64,000 nucleotides of DNA, taken from an uncultured Verrucomicrobiae bacterium. GTDB lineage: Bacteria; Chlamydiota; Chlamydiia; Chlamydiales; Rhabdochlamydiaceae. Positions 28,167 through 36,496 of this stretch are shown piece after piece. Numbering within the stretch: the first letter of the stretch is position 1; every line of letters starts with the position of its first letter. A program made the position numbers and the translations under genes. The notes under the pieces were generated by a model. The model saw nothing but the letters and a program-made list of their open reading frames with translations, searched no databases and was not told the origin of the DNA. The stretch lies in the NCBI GenBank assembly GCA_963806855.1, contig CAWDYW010000001.1:384001-448000 (forward strand), written 5' to 3'.

Positions 28167-30323
28167 ATGAATATTGAATTTGTGAATTATGGTTTAAGAA
28201 TGTTGTGTGATAATGCGCAGAATAGTTGCGCATTTATAAGCAAATTTACACATTTAAAAGATTTCGATTATCGCTCTACCTCGGGAATAGTCGTAGCATC
28301 AATGACAATAGGTACTCTTTATATTGCTTGGAGATGGAGAACAGAGAATTTAACAGAAGATCCATCAGTTTCCTTTGTTAGAAAAACTGTTAAGTTTGCA
28401 GCGAATTTGGGGTTCACTAGATTCCAGAATCGTTACGGTGTCATGCTTGATAGAGGAGAGGGAGGCCCAAAAGACTTAGAGGAAGCGAGAAGGTATTTCA
28501 AATTAGCTGCATATCAAGGACACGTTAATGCTCAATATAATTATGGTATAATGCTTCATGAAGGACTGGGCGGTCCAAAAGACTTAGAGGAAGCGAGAAG
28601 GTATTTCAAATTAGCAGCGGATCAAGGACGGGCTGAAGCTCAATATAATTATGGTGTGATGCTTAATAATGGAGAGGGAGGCCAAAAAGACTCAGAAGAA
28701 GCGAGAGAGTTTTTCAAAAAGGCAGGGGATCAAGGACACACTGAAGCTCAATATAATTATGGTATAATGCTTGATAAAGGTGAGGGCGGTCCAAAAGATT
28801 TAGAAGAGGCGAGAAAATATTTCAATCTAGCGGCGGACAAAGGACACACTAGAGCTCAAGATGATTATGGTCTTAGGCTTTTCAATGGAGTGGGCGGCCC
28901 CAAAGACTTAGAAGAGGCGAGAAGGTATTTCAAATTAGCAGCGGATCAAGGGCGCGCTAGAGCTCAATTGGGTTATGCTGATATGCTCTGCAACGGAGTG
29001 GGTGGTCCAATTGATTTAGAAGAGGCGAGAAAGTATTTCAAATTAGCAGCGGATCAAGGACTCGTTGGGGCTCAATATAATTATGGTGTAATGCTTAATC
29101 ATGGAGATGGAGGCCCAAAAAACTTAGAAGAAGAGAGAAAGTATTTCAAACTAGCAGCGGATCAAGGAAATGCTGTAGCGCAGTTTCGTTATGCCCAAAT
29201 GCTCTGCCGTGGAGAGGGAGGCTCAAAAAACTTAGAGGAAGCGAGAAAGTATTACAAATTAGCAGCGGATCAAGGACACGTTAATGCTCAACATAATTAT
29301 GGAGTAATGCTTGAAAATGGAGATGGAGGCCCAGAAGACTTAGAAGAGGCAAGAAAGTATTACAAATTAGCTGCAGATCAAGGACACGTTAATGCTCAGT
29401 ATGATTATGGTCTTATGCTCTACAATGGAGAGGGAGGTCCCAAAGATTTAGAAGCAGCGAGAAAATACTTCAAAAAGGCAGCGGATCAAGGACATGCCGG
29501 TGCTCAATATAATTATGGTATAATGCTTCATGAAGGACTGGGCGGTCCAAAAGATTTAGAAGAGGCGAGAAAGTATTTCAAATTAGCAGCGGATCAAGGA
29601 ATGGCTGATGCTCAATATAATTATGGTGTGATGCTTAATAGTGGAGATGGAGGCCCAGAAGACTTCGAGGGAGCGAGAAAGTATTTCAAACTAGCAGCGG
29701 ATCAAGGGCACACTGGGGCTCAAGATGTGTATGGTCGTATGCTCTTCCATGGGAAGGGTGGTCCAAAAGACTTAGAAGAAGCGAGAAAGTATTTCAAACT
29801 TGCAGCGGATCAAGGAGATACCCAAGCTCAGTGTAAATATGGTTTAATGCTTGCTAATGGAGAGGGGGGCCCAAAAGATTTAGAGGAGGCAAGAAAGTAT
29901 TACAAATTAGCAGCAGATAAAGGAAACGCTAAAGCACAATATCGGTATGCTCAAATGCTCTTCTATTGTGAGGGAGGTCCAAAAGACTCAAAAGAAGCTA
30001 GAAAGTATATCAAGCTCGTGGCGGATCAAGGAAAGGCTGGAGCTCAGTATGATTATGGTCGAATGCTCTTCCATGGGAAGGGTGGCCCCAAAGACTTAGA
30101 AGAGGCGAGAAGGTATTTCAAATTAGCAGCGAATCAAGGACATGCCGGTGCTCAATATAATTATGGAGTGATGCTTGATAATGGAAAGGGTGGTCCAAGA
30201 GACTTAGAAGAAGCAGTGGAATACTATCAATTAGCAGTTAAGCAAGGAAATGGGGAAGCTTTTTATATGTTGCTGCATCACCGCCCAGACCTTGTTCTTG
30301 CGAAAACCAGCCCTTATTTATAG
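28167..30323 (+). CDS. Sel1-like repeat protein (~17 x 36 aa) with N-terminal TM segment, candidate effector
   Basis: Repeat G..AQYNYG.ML..G.GGPKDLEEARKYFKLAADQ; 108-bp DNA periodicity. Confidence 0.93.
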   Translation: MNIEFVNYGLRMLCDNAQNSCAFISKFTHLKDFDYRSTSGIVVASMTIGTLYIAWRWRTENLTEDPSVSFVRKTVKFAANLGFTRFQNRYGVMLDRGEGGPKDLEEARRYFKLAAYQGHVNAQYNYGIMLHEGLGGPKDLEEARRYFKLAADQGRAEAQYNYGVMLNNGEGGQKDSEEAREFFKKAGDQGHTEAQYNYGIMLDKGEGGPKDLEEARKYFNLAADKGHTRAQDDYGLRLFNGVGGPKDLEEARRYFKLAADQGRARAQLGYADMLCNGVGGPIDLEEARKYFKLAADQGLVGAQYNYGVMLNHGDGGPKNLEEERKYFKLAADQGNAVAQFRYAQMLCRGEGGSKNLEEARKYYKLAADQGHVNAQHNYGVMLENGDGGPEDLEEARKYYKLAADQGHVNAQYDYGLMLYNGEGGPKDLEAARKYFKKAADQGHAGAQYNYGIMLHEGLGGPKDLEEARKYFKLAADQGMADAQYNYGVMLNSGDGGPEDFEGARKYFKLAADQGHTGAQDVYGRMLFHGKGGPKDLEEARKYFKLAADQGDTQAQCKYGLMLANGEGGPKDLEEARKYYKLAADKGNAKAQYRYAQMLFYCEGGPKDSKEARKYIKLVADQGKAGAQYDYGRMLFHGKGGPKDLEEARRYFKLAANQGHAGAQYNYGVMLDNGKGGPRDLEEAVEYYQLAVKQGNGEAFYMLLHHRPDLVLAKTSPYL

Positions 30324-30334
30324 ACGACAGCATT

Positions 30335-30458
30335 ATACCCGATCGGGTATGTCATATCCTAATCTGCAAAGTCCATAATGGTCGCAACACGGCACAATGA
30401 TGTGAACGATACAATGATACGAATGATAAAAAAATCTATCATTCCTATCGTTACATCG
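30335..30458. terminator. Hairpins between the convergent Sel1 and sctT genes
   Basis: Perfect ATACCCGATCGGGTAT (30335-30350); imperfect 22-bp inverted repeat 30407-30428 / 30437-30458. Confidence 0.5.
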
Positions 30459-30471
30459 CTCTAATCGTTTT

Positions 30472-30503
30472 TTTGCGTCTTGGCGCCTTTGCGTCTTTGC
30501 GTT
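30472..30503. repeat. 4 x 8-bp tandem repeat (TTTGCGTC consensus)
   Basis: tttgcgtc ttggcgcc tttgcgtc tttgcgtt. Confidence 0.8.
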
Positions 30504-30507
30504 CTCC

Positions 30508-31344
30508 CTATACCCCAAACGAATGCAAGATCTGGTCGATGGTCTGGATCCAGCTGACCGCCTGATTGCCCATCTGTTGTATGATGAAGAACCAGCCGGC
30601 CCAGAGTAGGAAGAGGCCGAGGAGCGACTTGAGCGCCATCCCGAGGAAGACGATCTGCACTTGGGGCGCTAGGCGGTTGGCGATGCCGAGGAACATCTCG
30701 GCCATGAGGATGGCGATCAGGGATGGGGCGGCGATTTGGACTGAGATGGCCAAGATGCGAGTGAGCAGGCCCATGATGGTCTTCCAGAAGGGGAGCGAGA
30801 GGTTGAAAAAGGCGGCGGGGATCATTTTGTCGACCGGGATGATCTTGAACGACTCGCTGACAGCGTCTAGGAAGAGGAAGGGGCCGCCGATGTTGAAGAA
30901 GACGACAATCATCACGTAGTTGAACATTACCCCGATGGTGGAGGTTTCGGCCTGCATGGTGGGGTCTTGCACTTGCAGGGAGGAGGAGCCCCTCTGGAAA
31001 TCGATGTAGGCGCCGGCCCCTTGGGCGATATAGAAAGGGATCGAGGCGAAGAAGGCGAGGATAAATCCCATCAGGAGCTCTTTGACGCTGAAGGCGACGA
31101 AAGAGAGGTCGTAAGCGAAGGTGGTGGTCGATGTTTGGATCAGCTGCGGGATGAAGATGACTGTGAGCATGAGCGCGAGCCCCATCTTGACCCCGCCAGG
31201 CAATTTCGAGCCGAGGAAGGGGGCGATTGAAACGATGGGGGCGATACGAAAGAGGCCTAGGAAAAGGACCGACAGCAAACCCTCGGCGGTCAGGCCCGGT
31301 TTGTTGAAAAAGAGGCTGATGTAATCGTCAGTGGGCGAGCCCAT
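30508..31344 (-). CDS. sctT: T3SS export apparatus protein T
   Basis: RIAPIV..APFLG, KELLMG, IDFQRG, NRLAPQVQI; operon position. Confidence 0.95.
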   Translation of the reverse strand: MGSPTDDYISLFFNKPGLTAEGLLSVLFLGLFRIAPIVSIAPFLGSKLPGGVKMGLALMLTVIFIPQLIQTSTTTFAYDLSFVAFSVKELLMGFILAFFASIPFYIAQGAGAYIDFQRGSSSLQVQDPTMQAETSTIGVMFNYVMIVVFFNIGGPFLFLDAVSESFKIIPVDKMIPAAFFNLSLPFWKTIMGLLTRILAISVQIAAPSLIAILMAEMFLGIANRLAPQVQIVFLGMALKSLLGLFLLWAGWFFIIQQMGNQAVSWIQTIDQILHSFGV

Positions 31345-31345
31345 T

Positions 31346-31615
31346 TTAAGTCATGGTCCATTTGGGGAAATTGGTAAAAATATTGCTGGCAAACTGATAA
31401 ATCTGAGCACCGAGCCAGCCACCCAGCCAAATCAGGGTCAATATGACAGCGAAGAGCTTGACCATGAAGGAGAGGGTCTGTTCTTGGATCTGGGTGGCCG
31501 CTTGGAAGACGGCGACAAAGAGGCCAAGGAGGGTGCTGATCAAAATCGGCGGCCCCGAGAGGATCAAAATCAAGAGCAGAGCCTGATAGGCAAGCTGATA
31601 GAGTTCATTATTCAT
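31346..31615 (-). CDS. sctS: T3SS export apparatus protein S
   Basis: LSGPP, FQAATQIQEQTLSF.VKL. Confidence 0.96.
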   Translation of the reverse strand: MNNELYQLAYQALLLILILSGPPILISTLLGLFVAVFQAATQIQEQTLSFMVKLFAVILTLIWLGGWLGAQIYQFASNIFTNFPKWTMT

Positions 31616-31623
31616 CTACATCC

Positions 31624-32373
31624 TCACGATCTAAACGACATGGTTAGCCCTTGAATAATCACCGTCCAACCATCGACCATCACAAGCAAGAGCAATTTCA
31701 GCGGCAAGGCGATGGTCAGCGGTGAGAGCATCATCATCCCCATGGCGAGCAAGATGTTCGAGGTGACCATGTCGATCACGAAAAAGGGCAGGTAGATCAA
31801 AACGCCGATTTCAAAGGCCGATTTGAGCTGCGAGGTAATGAAGGCCGGAATCAGGACGATGAAGTTGTTGGGTTTAAGGGTAGCCCGGTATTCTTCGGGG
31901 AAAGTACGGTAAGCAAGCTGGTAGAACGAGGTCATGTTCTTCTGCACCGTATTGCGCTGCAAGAAGTCTCTGAGGGGCTCTTTCGCTTTGTCGGCAACGT
32001 TGACCAGGTAATTGGCAGTGGGGCCCGAGAAGAGGACCTGAGGGGCATTCTGCTTGATGTATTCGCTGGAGGCATTGTACATCGCGAGACCAGTCGGGAA
32101 CATCACGTAAATCGTGACGAGCATGGCAATGCCGTTGAGCACCTGGTTGGGAGGGGATTGCTGGACGCCGATCGCATTGCGTAAGAGAGAGAGGACGATC
32201 ACCACCTTGAGATAGGAGGTGAGCAGCATCACAGCAAAGGGCAAGAGCGATAGGCCAGCCAAGACAGCGATCTGGGTGATCAGAGTCGGTGTCGCTGTTT
32301 CAGGTAGGCCAGCCGGAGTTTGAGCCATCAGAGTTGAGGTGGCAAGCAGGAACAGGAAGAAAATTTTTTTCAT
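31624..32373 (-). CDS. sctR: T3SS export apparatus protein R
   Basis: LRNAIGVQQSPPN, AFEIG..IYLPF, AMGMMM, VDGW. Confidence 0.97.
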   Translation of the reverse strand: MKKIFFLFLLATSTLMAQTPAGLPETATPTLITQIAVLAGLSLLPFAVMLLTSYLKVVIVLSLLRNAIGVQQSPPNQVLNGIAMLVTIYVMFPTGLAMYNASSEYIKQNAPQVLFSGPTANYLVNVADKAKEPLRDFLQRNTVQKNMTSFYQLAYRTFPEEYRATLKPNNFIVLIPAFITSQLKSAFEIGVLIYLPFFVIDMVTSNILLAMGMMMLSPLTIALPLKLLLLVMVDGWTVIIQGLTMSFRS

Positions 32374-32382
32374 AATACTATC

Positions 32383-33009
32383 TTATTCTGATTGCTGGTA
32401 TTTTTCAAAGGCCCGTTCTAATGCGCGCCATTGATTTTCGATCGTCGCATTGATCATCCCCCCTTCGGTTTGGATGATGCAGCCCCCTCTTTCGATGTCG
32501 GGCTTTTCTTGAATAGTCAAAATATCGCACTGTTGCAAGATCTCTTTTAGCTTCGGTTTTTCAGCATCGAGAATCTCTTTGTCTTCTCTGTGAACATAGA
32601 TGGTCACTTTGCGGCTTTCAGAAATGGGAGCGATCGCTTGCATCACGATGTCGACAATCGTCTCAGGATGGATTTCGAGCTCCCTGGCGACGATCCTCTT
32701 GGCCGCTTTTAGAGCGATCGGGAGCACCATTTGTTGGAGATTGTGTCTCAGAGCTTTGAGTTCATTATCGAGGAAGAAAATGTGCTCGTTGAACTTCTCA
32801 AGCCCCTTCTGCATCCCCTCTTCCTCAGCATTCTTTCGAAGAGTTTGGCACTCCTTATCGGTATTCTGAAACAATTTAGCCACATCTTCTTGGGCCTTTT
32901 CGAGGATCTGCATGGCCGAAACAAGTGTGCTATACTCTGAAGAGGGAATAGTCTTTTTATCGGTGGCAGGATGGACATCACCTTGATAGATTAGAGAAAA
33001 CAATTTCAC
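32383..33009 (-). CDS. sctL: T3SS stator protein L
   Basis: FliH/SctL-like, GGCIIQTEGG.INA; operon position. Confidence 0.92.
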   Translation of the reverse strand: MKLFSLIYQGDVHPATDKKTIPSSEYSTLVSAMQILEKAQEDVAKLFQNTDKECQTLRKNAEEEGMQKGLEKFNEHIFFLDNELKALRHNLQQMVLPIALKAAKRIVARELEIHPETIVDIVMQAIAPISESRKVTIYVHREDKEILDAEKPKLKEILQQCDILTIQEKPDIERGGCIIQTEGGMINATIENQWRALERAFEKYQQSE

Positions 33010-33866
33010 TGGCTCTCCTCCGGCTTTAGAAATAAGACGATTTTGTTGATCTGATCGGCGATAATTTGCTCTGCGCGAGCATGGATCGGTTTTTCATTGT
33101 ACTTGAGCAGCGAGGTTCCCAGATGCATATTGAGCCGTCTCGTCACAGTCCAGATTAAGCTTGGATCGGAGCCATAAAGGGCCAGGGCGAACCGATAGAG
33201 CCCCCGCTCTTCGATGATTTTCTGCAGATGTTCATGCGTCCCATCCCATTTCTCCAGAAATAGACGCTTAAAAGTGAGCGGTTCGCGGTGGAGCAAAAGG
33301 GTATTGAGATATTCTCCCTCTTTTTTTGGCAGAGAGCTAAACAATTTTTTGAGCGCAGCTGTCGCAATGATTTGGCGCATTTCAAAAGCGAGATCATGCA
33401 GCCCTAAAAAAGGGATAATCCGTTCGAAGACCGAAGAGGGAAGCGACAGCAGATAGTTGAGCGGATGATCGGGCAAAAAAGCATAGGGGACCAGCTCCTG
33501 ATTCTGGATCACCATCTGGTGCAAATGAGCCCGCAGGCACCGTTTGGAAAGGTGAGTCAACTCAGGGAGGTGATTGCCGAATCCCAATAAGCTTTCCAGT
33601 CCATGCATTTGGGGCTTCGAAAGGGCGGCGAGAAATAGTCGGATCTCATTTTCAGTCAGAGTCCGCAAGTAGGGGGCGATCCAGGTGAAGTGGACATGGT
33701 CGAGCAGATCCCAACTGAGATTGGCAGACTGAAGCGGCATGATGGGGGGCAATTCCCCAATATCGAGCTGCTCATTCCTAGGCAAAAGGGAGAGCAGCTC
33801 GCTCTGCAAATCTGCGGGGCACCGGTCCAAAAATCCCTTACATACCATCAATGCAGCGGTCTTCAT
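33006..33866 (-). CDS. Chlamydial T3SS accessory protein (CT560-like, putative SctK)
   Basis: Position between sctJ and sctL; VHFTW and FLGLHDLA motifs. Confidence 0.75.
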   Translation of the reverse strand: MKTAALMVCKGFLDRCPADLQSELLSLLPRNEQLDIGELPPIMPLQSANLSWDLLDHVHFTWIAPYLRTLTENEIRLFLAALSKPQMHGLESLLGFGNHLPELTHLSKRCLRAHLHQMVIQNQELVPYAFLPDHPLNYLLSLPSSVFERIIPFLGLHDLAFEMRQIIATAALKKLFSSLPKKEGEYLNTLLLHREPLTFKRLFLEKWDGTHEHLQKIIEERGLYRFALALYGSDPSLIWTVTRRLNMHLGTSLLKYNEKPIHARAEQIIADQINKIVLFLKPEESQ

Positions 33867-34756
33867 GGCCCTTCTTTGTGCTCTTCAGAATTGCGGAATG
33901 GAGCAGGCTTTAGGAGGTTTTTTAGGCCCCTCGAACGGAGAATGGGGTAGAACTTCCAGAGCATCCAGACAAGGAAGACGCCGAACACGACCATTGTGAA
34001 AATGAGAATGAAGAACAGCACTCTGAAGCGGGCCGCTGACGATTTGCTCATCACAATTGACCATATGCTCACATACTCCTTCGATTTGGGAGTGATGTCC
34101 TCTGGCAGTTGGTTGAGCGTAATGTCGGTGAAGCGGGAGCGGTCTGAGATCACCGTCACATCGTTGATATCCAAGTTGGGGACACTGGCCGAGACAAGAC
34201 GCTTAATCTTCGTCACCAAATGGCTGTTGGGATCGTCGAGAACCCCCTGATGCTTGACAAAGACGGCAGCAGTCGCTTTTTTCTTCACAGCGCCAGGCGT
34301 AGGAAAGGTCGTCTCTTCCGCAGGAATCGAGAGCTCCACATCAGCATCGATCACCCCGTCGATCTTCCGAATCGTGCCGGCGATCTGGGCGGCGAGCCCT
34401 GCTTGGTAACGGATCGTCTCTTCAGTTGCCGAAGAAATCAAGCCCGACTTGGCGAAGATATCGAGTAGGCTGACCGTTTGCTTGCGTGGGAGACCGATCC
34501 GGTTGAGAATCGACATCGCCTCGACCTCTTGTTTTTCAGGTACAGCGATGCTCCACAGCATCCCAGTCGTTGTCGCACCCGGCCCAGCAGCAGCAGCAGA
34601 CTCTTGTTTTACAGCAGTTACCCCTTTGCTCGACAAGTAAACGACAATTTCATTAGCTTCCCTTTCGGGGACATCATTGACAATAACCTTTAAGTTTTCA
34701 CAACTCGTGAGGAAAATAAGCGTTACGAATAAAAATAGTTTAGATAAGAGTTTCAT
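33863..34756 (-). CDS. sctJ: T3SS inner-membrane ring lipoprotein
   Basis: Lipobox LTSC, EREANEI, GLPR, IDGVIDADV, ASVPNL, C-terminal TM. Confidence 0.96.
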   Translation of the reverse strand: MKLLSKLFLFVTLIFLTSCENLKVIVNDVPEREANEIVVYLSSKGVTAVKQESAAAAGPGATTTGMLWSIAVPEKQEVEAMSILNRIGLPRKQTVSLLDIFAKSGLISSATEETIRYQAGLAAQIAGTIRKIDGVIDADVELSIPAEETTFPTPGAVKKKATAAVFVKHQGVLDDPNSHLVTKIKRLVSASVPNLDINDVTVISDRSRFTDITLNQLPEDITPKSKEYVSIWSIVMSKSSAARFRVLFFILIFTMVVFGVFLVWMLWKFYPILRSRGLKNLLKPAPFRNSEEHKEGP

Positions 34757-34798
34757 AGTTTTTTGTCCCCTCTCTACCCAGAATGCAAGAGAAAAGAA

Positions 34799-35770
34799 TT
34801 AATGGCAATTCATGAAATTTTTTGAACGACCTGGGCCAAAACGGCGCATGATATAATCTTTAATCCCGAAGAGGGTCGCATTATAACGGGTGATTTTATC
34901 ATTATTTCGCTGCGATTTCTTTCCTAGAACTAATTGATTGGTTTGCCAGAATAATCTGGAGAGATAAAAAATAGACATATTTTTCCCGATCAACTTTAAC
35001 AAATAATAGAACCGCTTAGGACCGTTAAAGTTCCGCTCAATCCATAAAAGTCGATTGCGCCAAAAAAAGTAGGTAGTGTGGGCTTTGCCGCCTGTGAAAG
35101 AGGCCGAGACCTTATGCCACAAACGTGCTTTCGGATAGCTCATCACCTCGAAGCCTGCCCTTTTTGCTCTGAAACAGAAATCGGTCTCTTCCCAAAATAG
35201 AAAAAAGCGGGGGTCGAACATGCCGACTGTTTCAAAGACTGCCCGGTGAACCATGATCCCTGCCCCACAGACATAGTCAAGCACAAACGCCTCTTCCCAC
35301 GTCTTTTGATCATCGAGTTGATGGTATCCTATATAATCAAAATCGAGCCGTTTGGGATTCCATCTTCCCCCAAAATGATCAAAGCGGTCTGGCTCATTCA
35401 TCAGATAGATCTTGGAGCCTAAAATTCCAGCGGCAGGGGATTGCCTAAAGCCCTCCATAAAAGCCTCAATGATGCCCGGATCCACCACAGTATCGTTATT
35501 CAGAATGAAGAGATATTCAATCGGCCGCTTGAGAGCATAGATAATGCCGACATTGTTTCCGCCGGCATAGCCCAAATTTTCCCCTGTTTCAATGAGAGTG
35601 CACTCGGGGAAGTGACACTTAAAATACTCTTGCGAGCCATCAGTTGAGCCATTGTCGACCAGAATGATTTCAATGTCTTGATAGGTGAGCTTTTGGAGGG
35701 ACTGAAGACACTTAATCGTATCGTTTTTCCCATTCCAGTTGAGGACAATAATTCCAACTTTATTTGACAC
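34799..35770 (-). CDS. GT2 family glycosyltransferase (rhamnosyltransferase-like)
   Basis: IIVLNWN, VDNGSTDG, NLGYAGGNN, LNNDT, EETDFC. Confidence 0.9.
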   Translation of the reverse strand: MSNKVGIIVLNWNGKNDTIKCLQSLQKLTYQDIEIILVDNGSTDGSQEYFKCHFPECTLIETGENLGYAGGNNVGIIYALKRPIEYLFILNNDTVVDPGIIEAFMEGFRQSPAAGILGSKIYLMNEPDRFDHFGGRWNPKRLDFDYIGYHQLDDQKTWEEAFVLDYVCGAGIMVHRAVFETVGMFDPRFFLFWEETDFCFRAKRAGFEVMSYPKARLWHKVSASFTGGKAHTTYFFWRNRLLWIERNFNGPKRFYYLLKLIGKNMSIFYLSRLFWQTNQLVLGKKSQRNNDKITRYNATLFGIKDYIMRRFGPGRSKNFMNCH

Positions 35771-35920
35771 TAGACCTCTAGCATTACTTAGGTTCTGTCG
35801 ATTTTCAGGTTCTTTTGAGCCGATTTTCGATTCAAACTGCAGGGGTAATATCGGCTCCGTGCATATGACCCCTGCGGTTTGAATCGAAAATCGACGAACC
35901 CTAAGTTATGCAAGTGGTCA
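35771..35920. repeat. 150-bp palindromic MITE/RPE-like element
   Basis: Inner 31-bp inverted repeat 35821-35851 / 35863-35893 (2 mismatches); imperfect terminal inverted repeat tagacctctagcattac...gttatgcaagtggtca. Confidence 0.8.
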
Positions 35921-36496
35921 GCTTTCTAAGAAGTCATTAGCAAGCTTAAAGTTGTCCCCAGCTAGCTTACCTGCGCCATAGAGAATTTGCAGCACCTCTT
36001 TCATTCCGATGACTGCATGGGGGACATAACCGCGGCTTTTAATTTTCTTCTTTCCCCCGAGCTCATAATCGATAAACGCGAGGCTGTCGATTACTTTAAT
36101 TCCCTCTTCCTCGAGATCCTCGATTGTCTCCAATGTATGGATTCCTGAAAGGTAGACATCTTGGATCACTAAGCAACTTTGCCCTGTTTTATAACTTCCC
36201 TCAATTTTATGCACCTTTCCTTTTACTTCCTGGCGGCGCAGCACAAGATGCAGCCCCTTTTCCCAAGCTATGTAGCTTGCGAGGCATGTCCCAAATAGTG
36301 GCACGCCGCAGAGTAGGTCGAAGGAGAGGTGATGGGCCTTCTCAAACAGCGCATTGCAAACCCCTTTTGCCGCCGATGCATTCGAAATAATGACCGAAAA
36401 ATCGATCTGAAAAGGGGAGAAGAAATCCTTCTTGATTTCAAAGTTCCCAAACTTGATTGCCCCAATCGAGTGGAGCTTTAAGACTAAATCCTTCAC
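35918..36496 (-). CDS. pyrE: Orotate phosphoribosyltransferase-like protein, divergent
   Basis: GAIKFGNF, SP, CGVP, IEG, CLVIQDV..SG; several conserved residues altered. Confidence 0.7.
   Translation of the reverse strand: MKDLVLKLHSIGAIKFGNFEIKKDFFSPFQIDFSVIISNASAAKGVCNALFEKAHHLSFDLLCGVPLFGTCLASYIAWEKGLHLVLRRQEVKGKVHKIEGSYKTGQSCLVIQDVYLSGIHTLETIEDLEEEGIKVIDSLAFIDYELGGKKKIKSRGYVPHAVIGMKEVLQILYGAGKLAGDNFKLANDFLES

Noticed and set aside
28400..30270. 108-bp periodic DNA as a CRISPR or non-coding array
   Set aside because: In-frame Sel1 coding repeats; the same applies to the 114-bp repeats at 37-39 kb.
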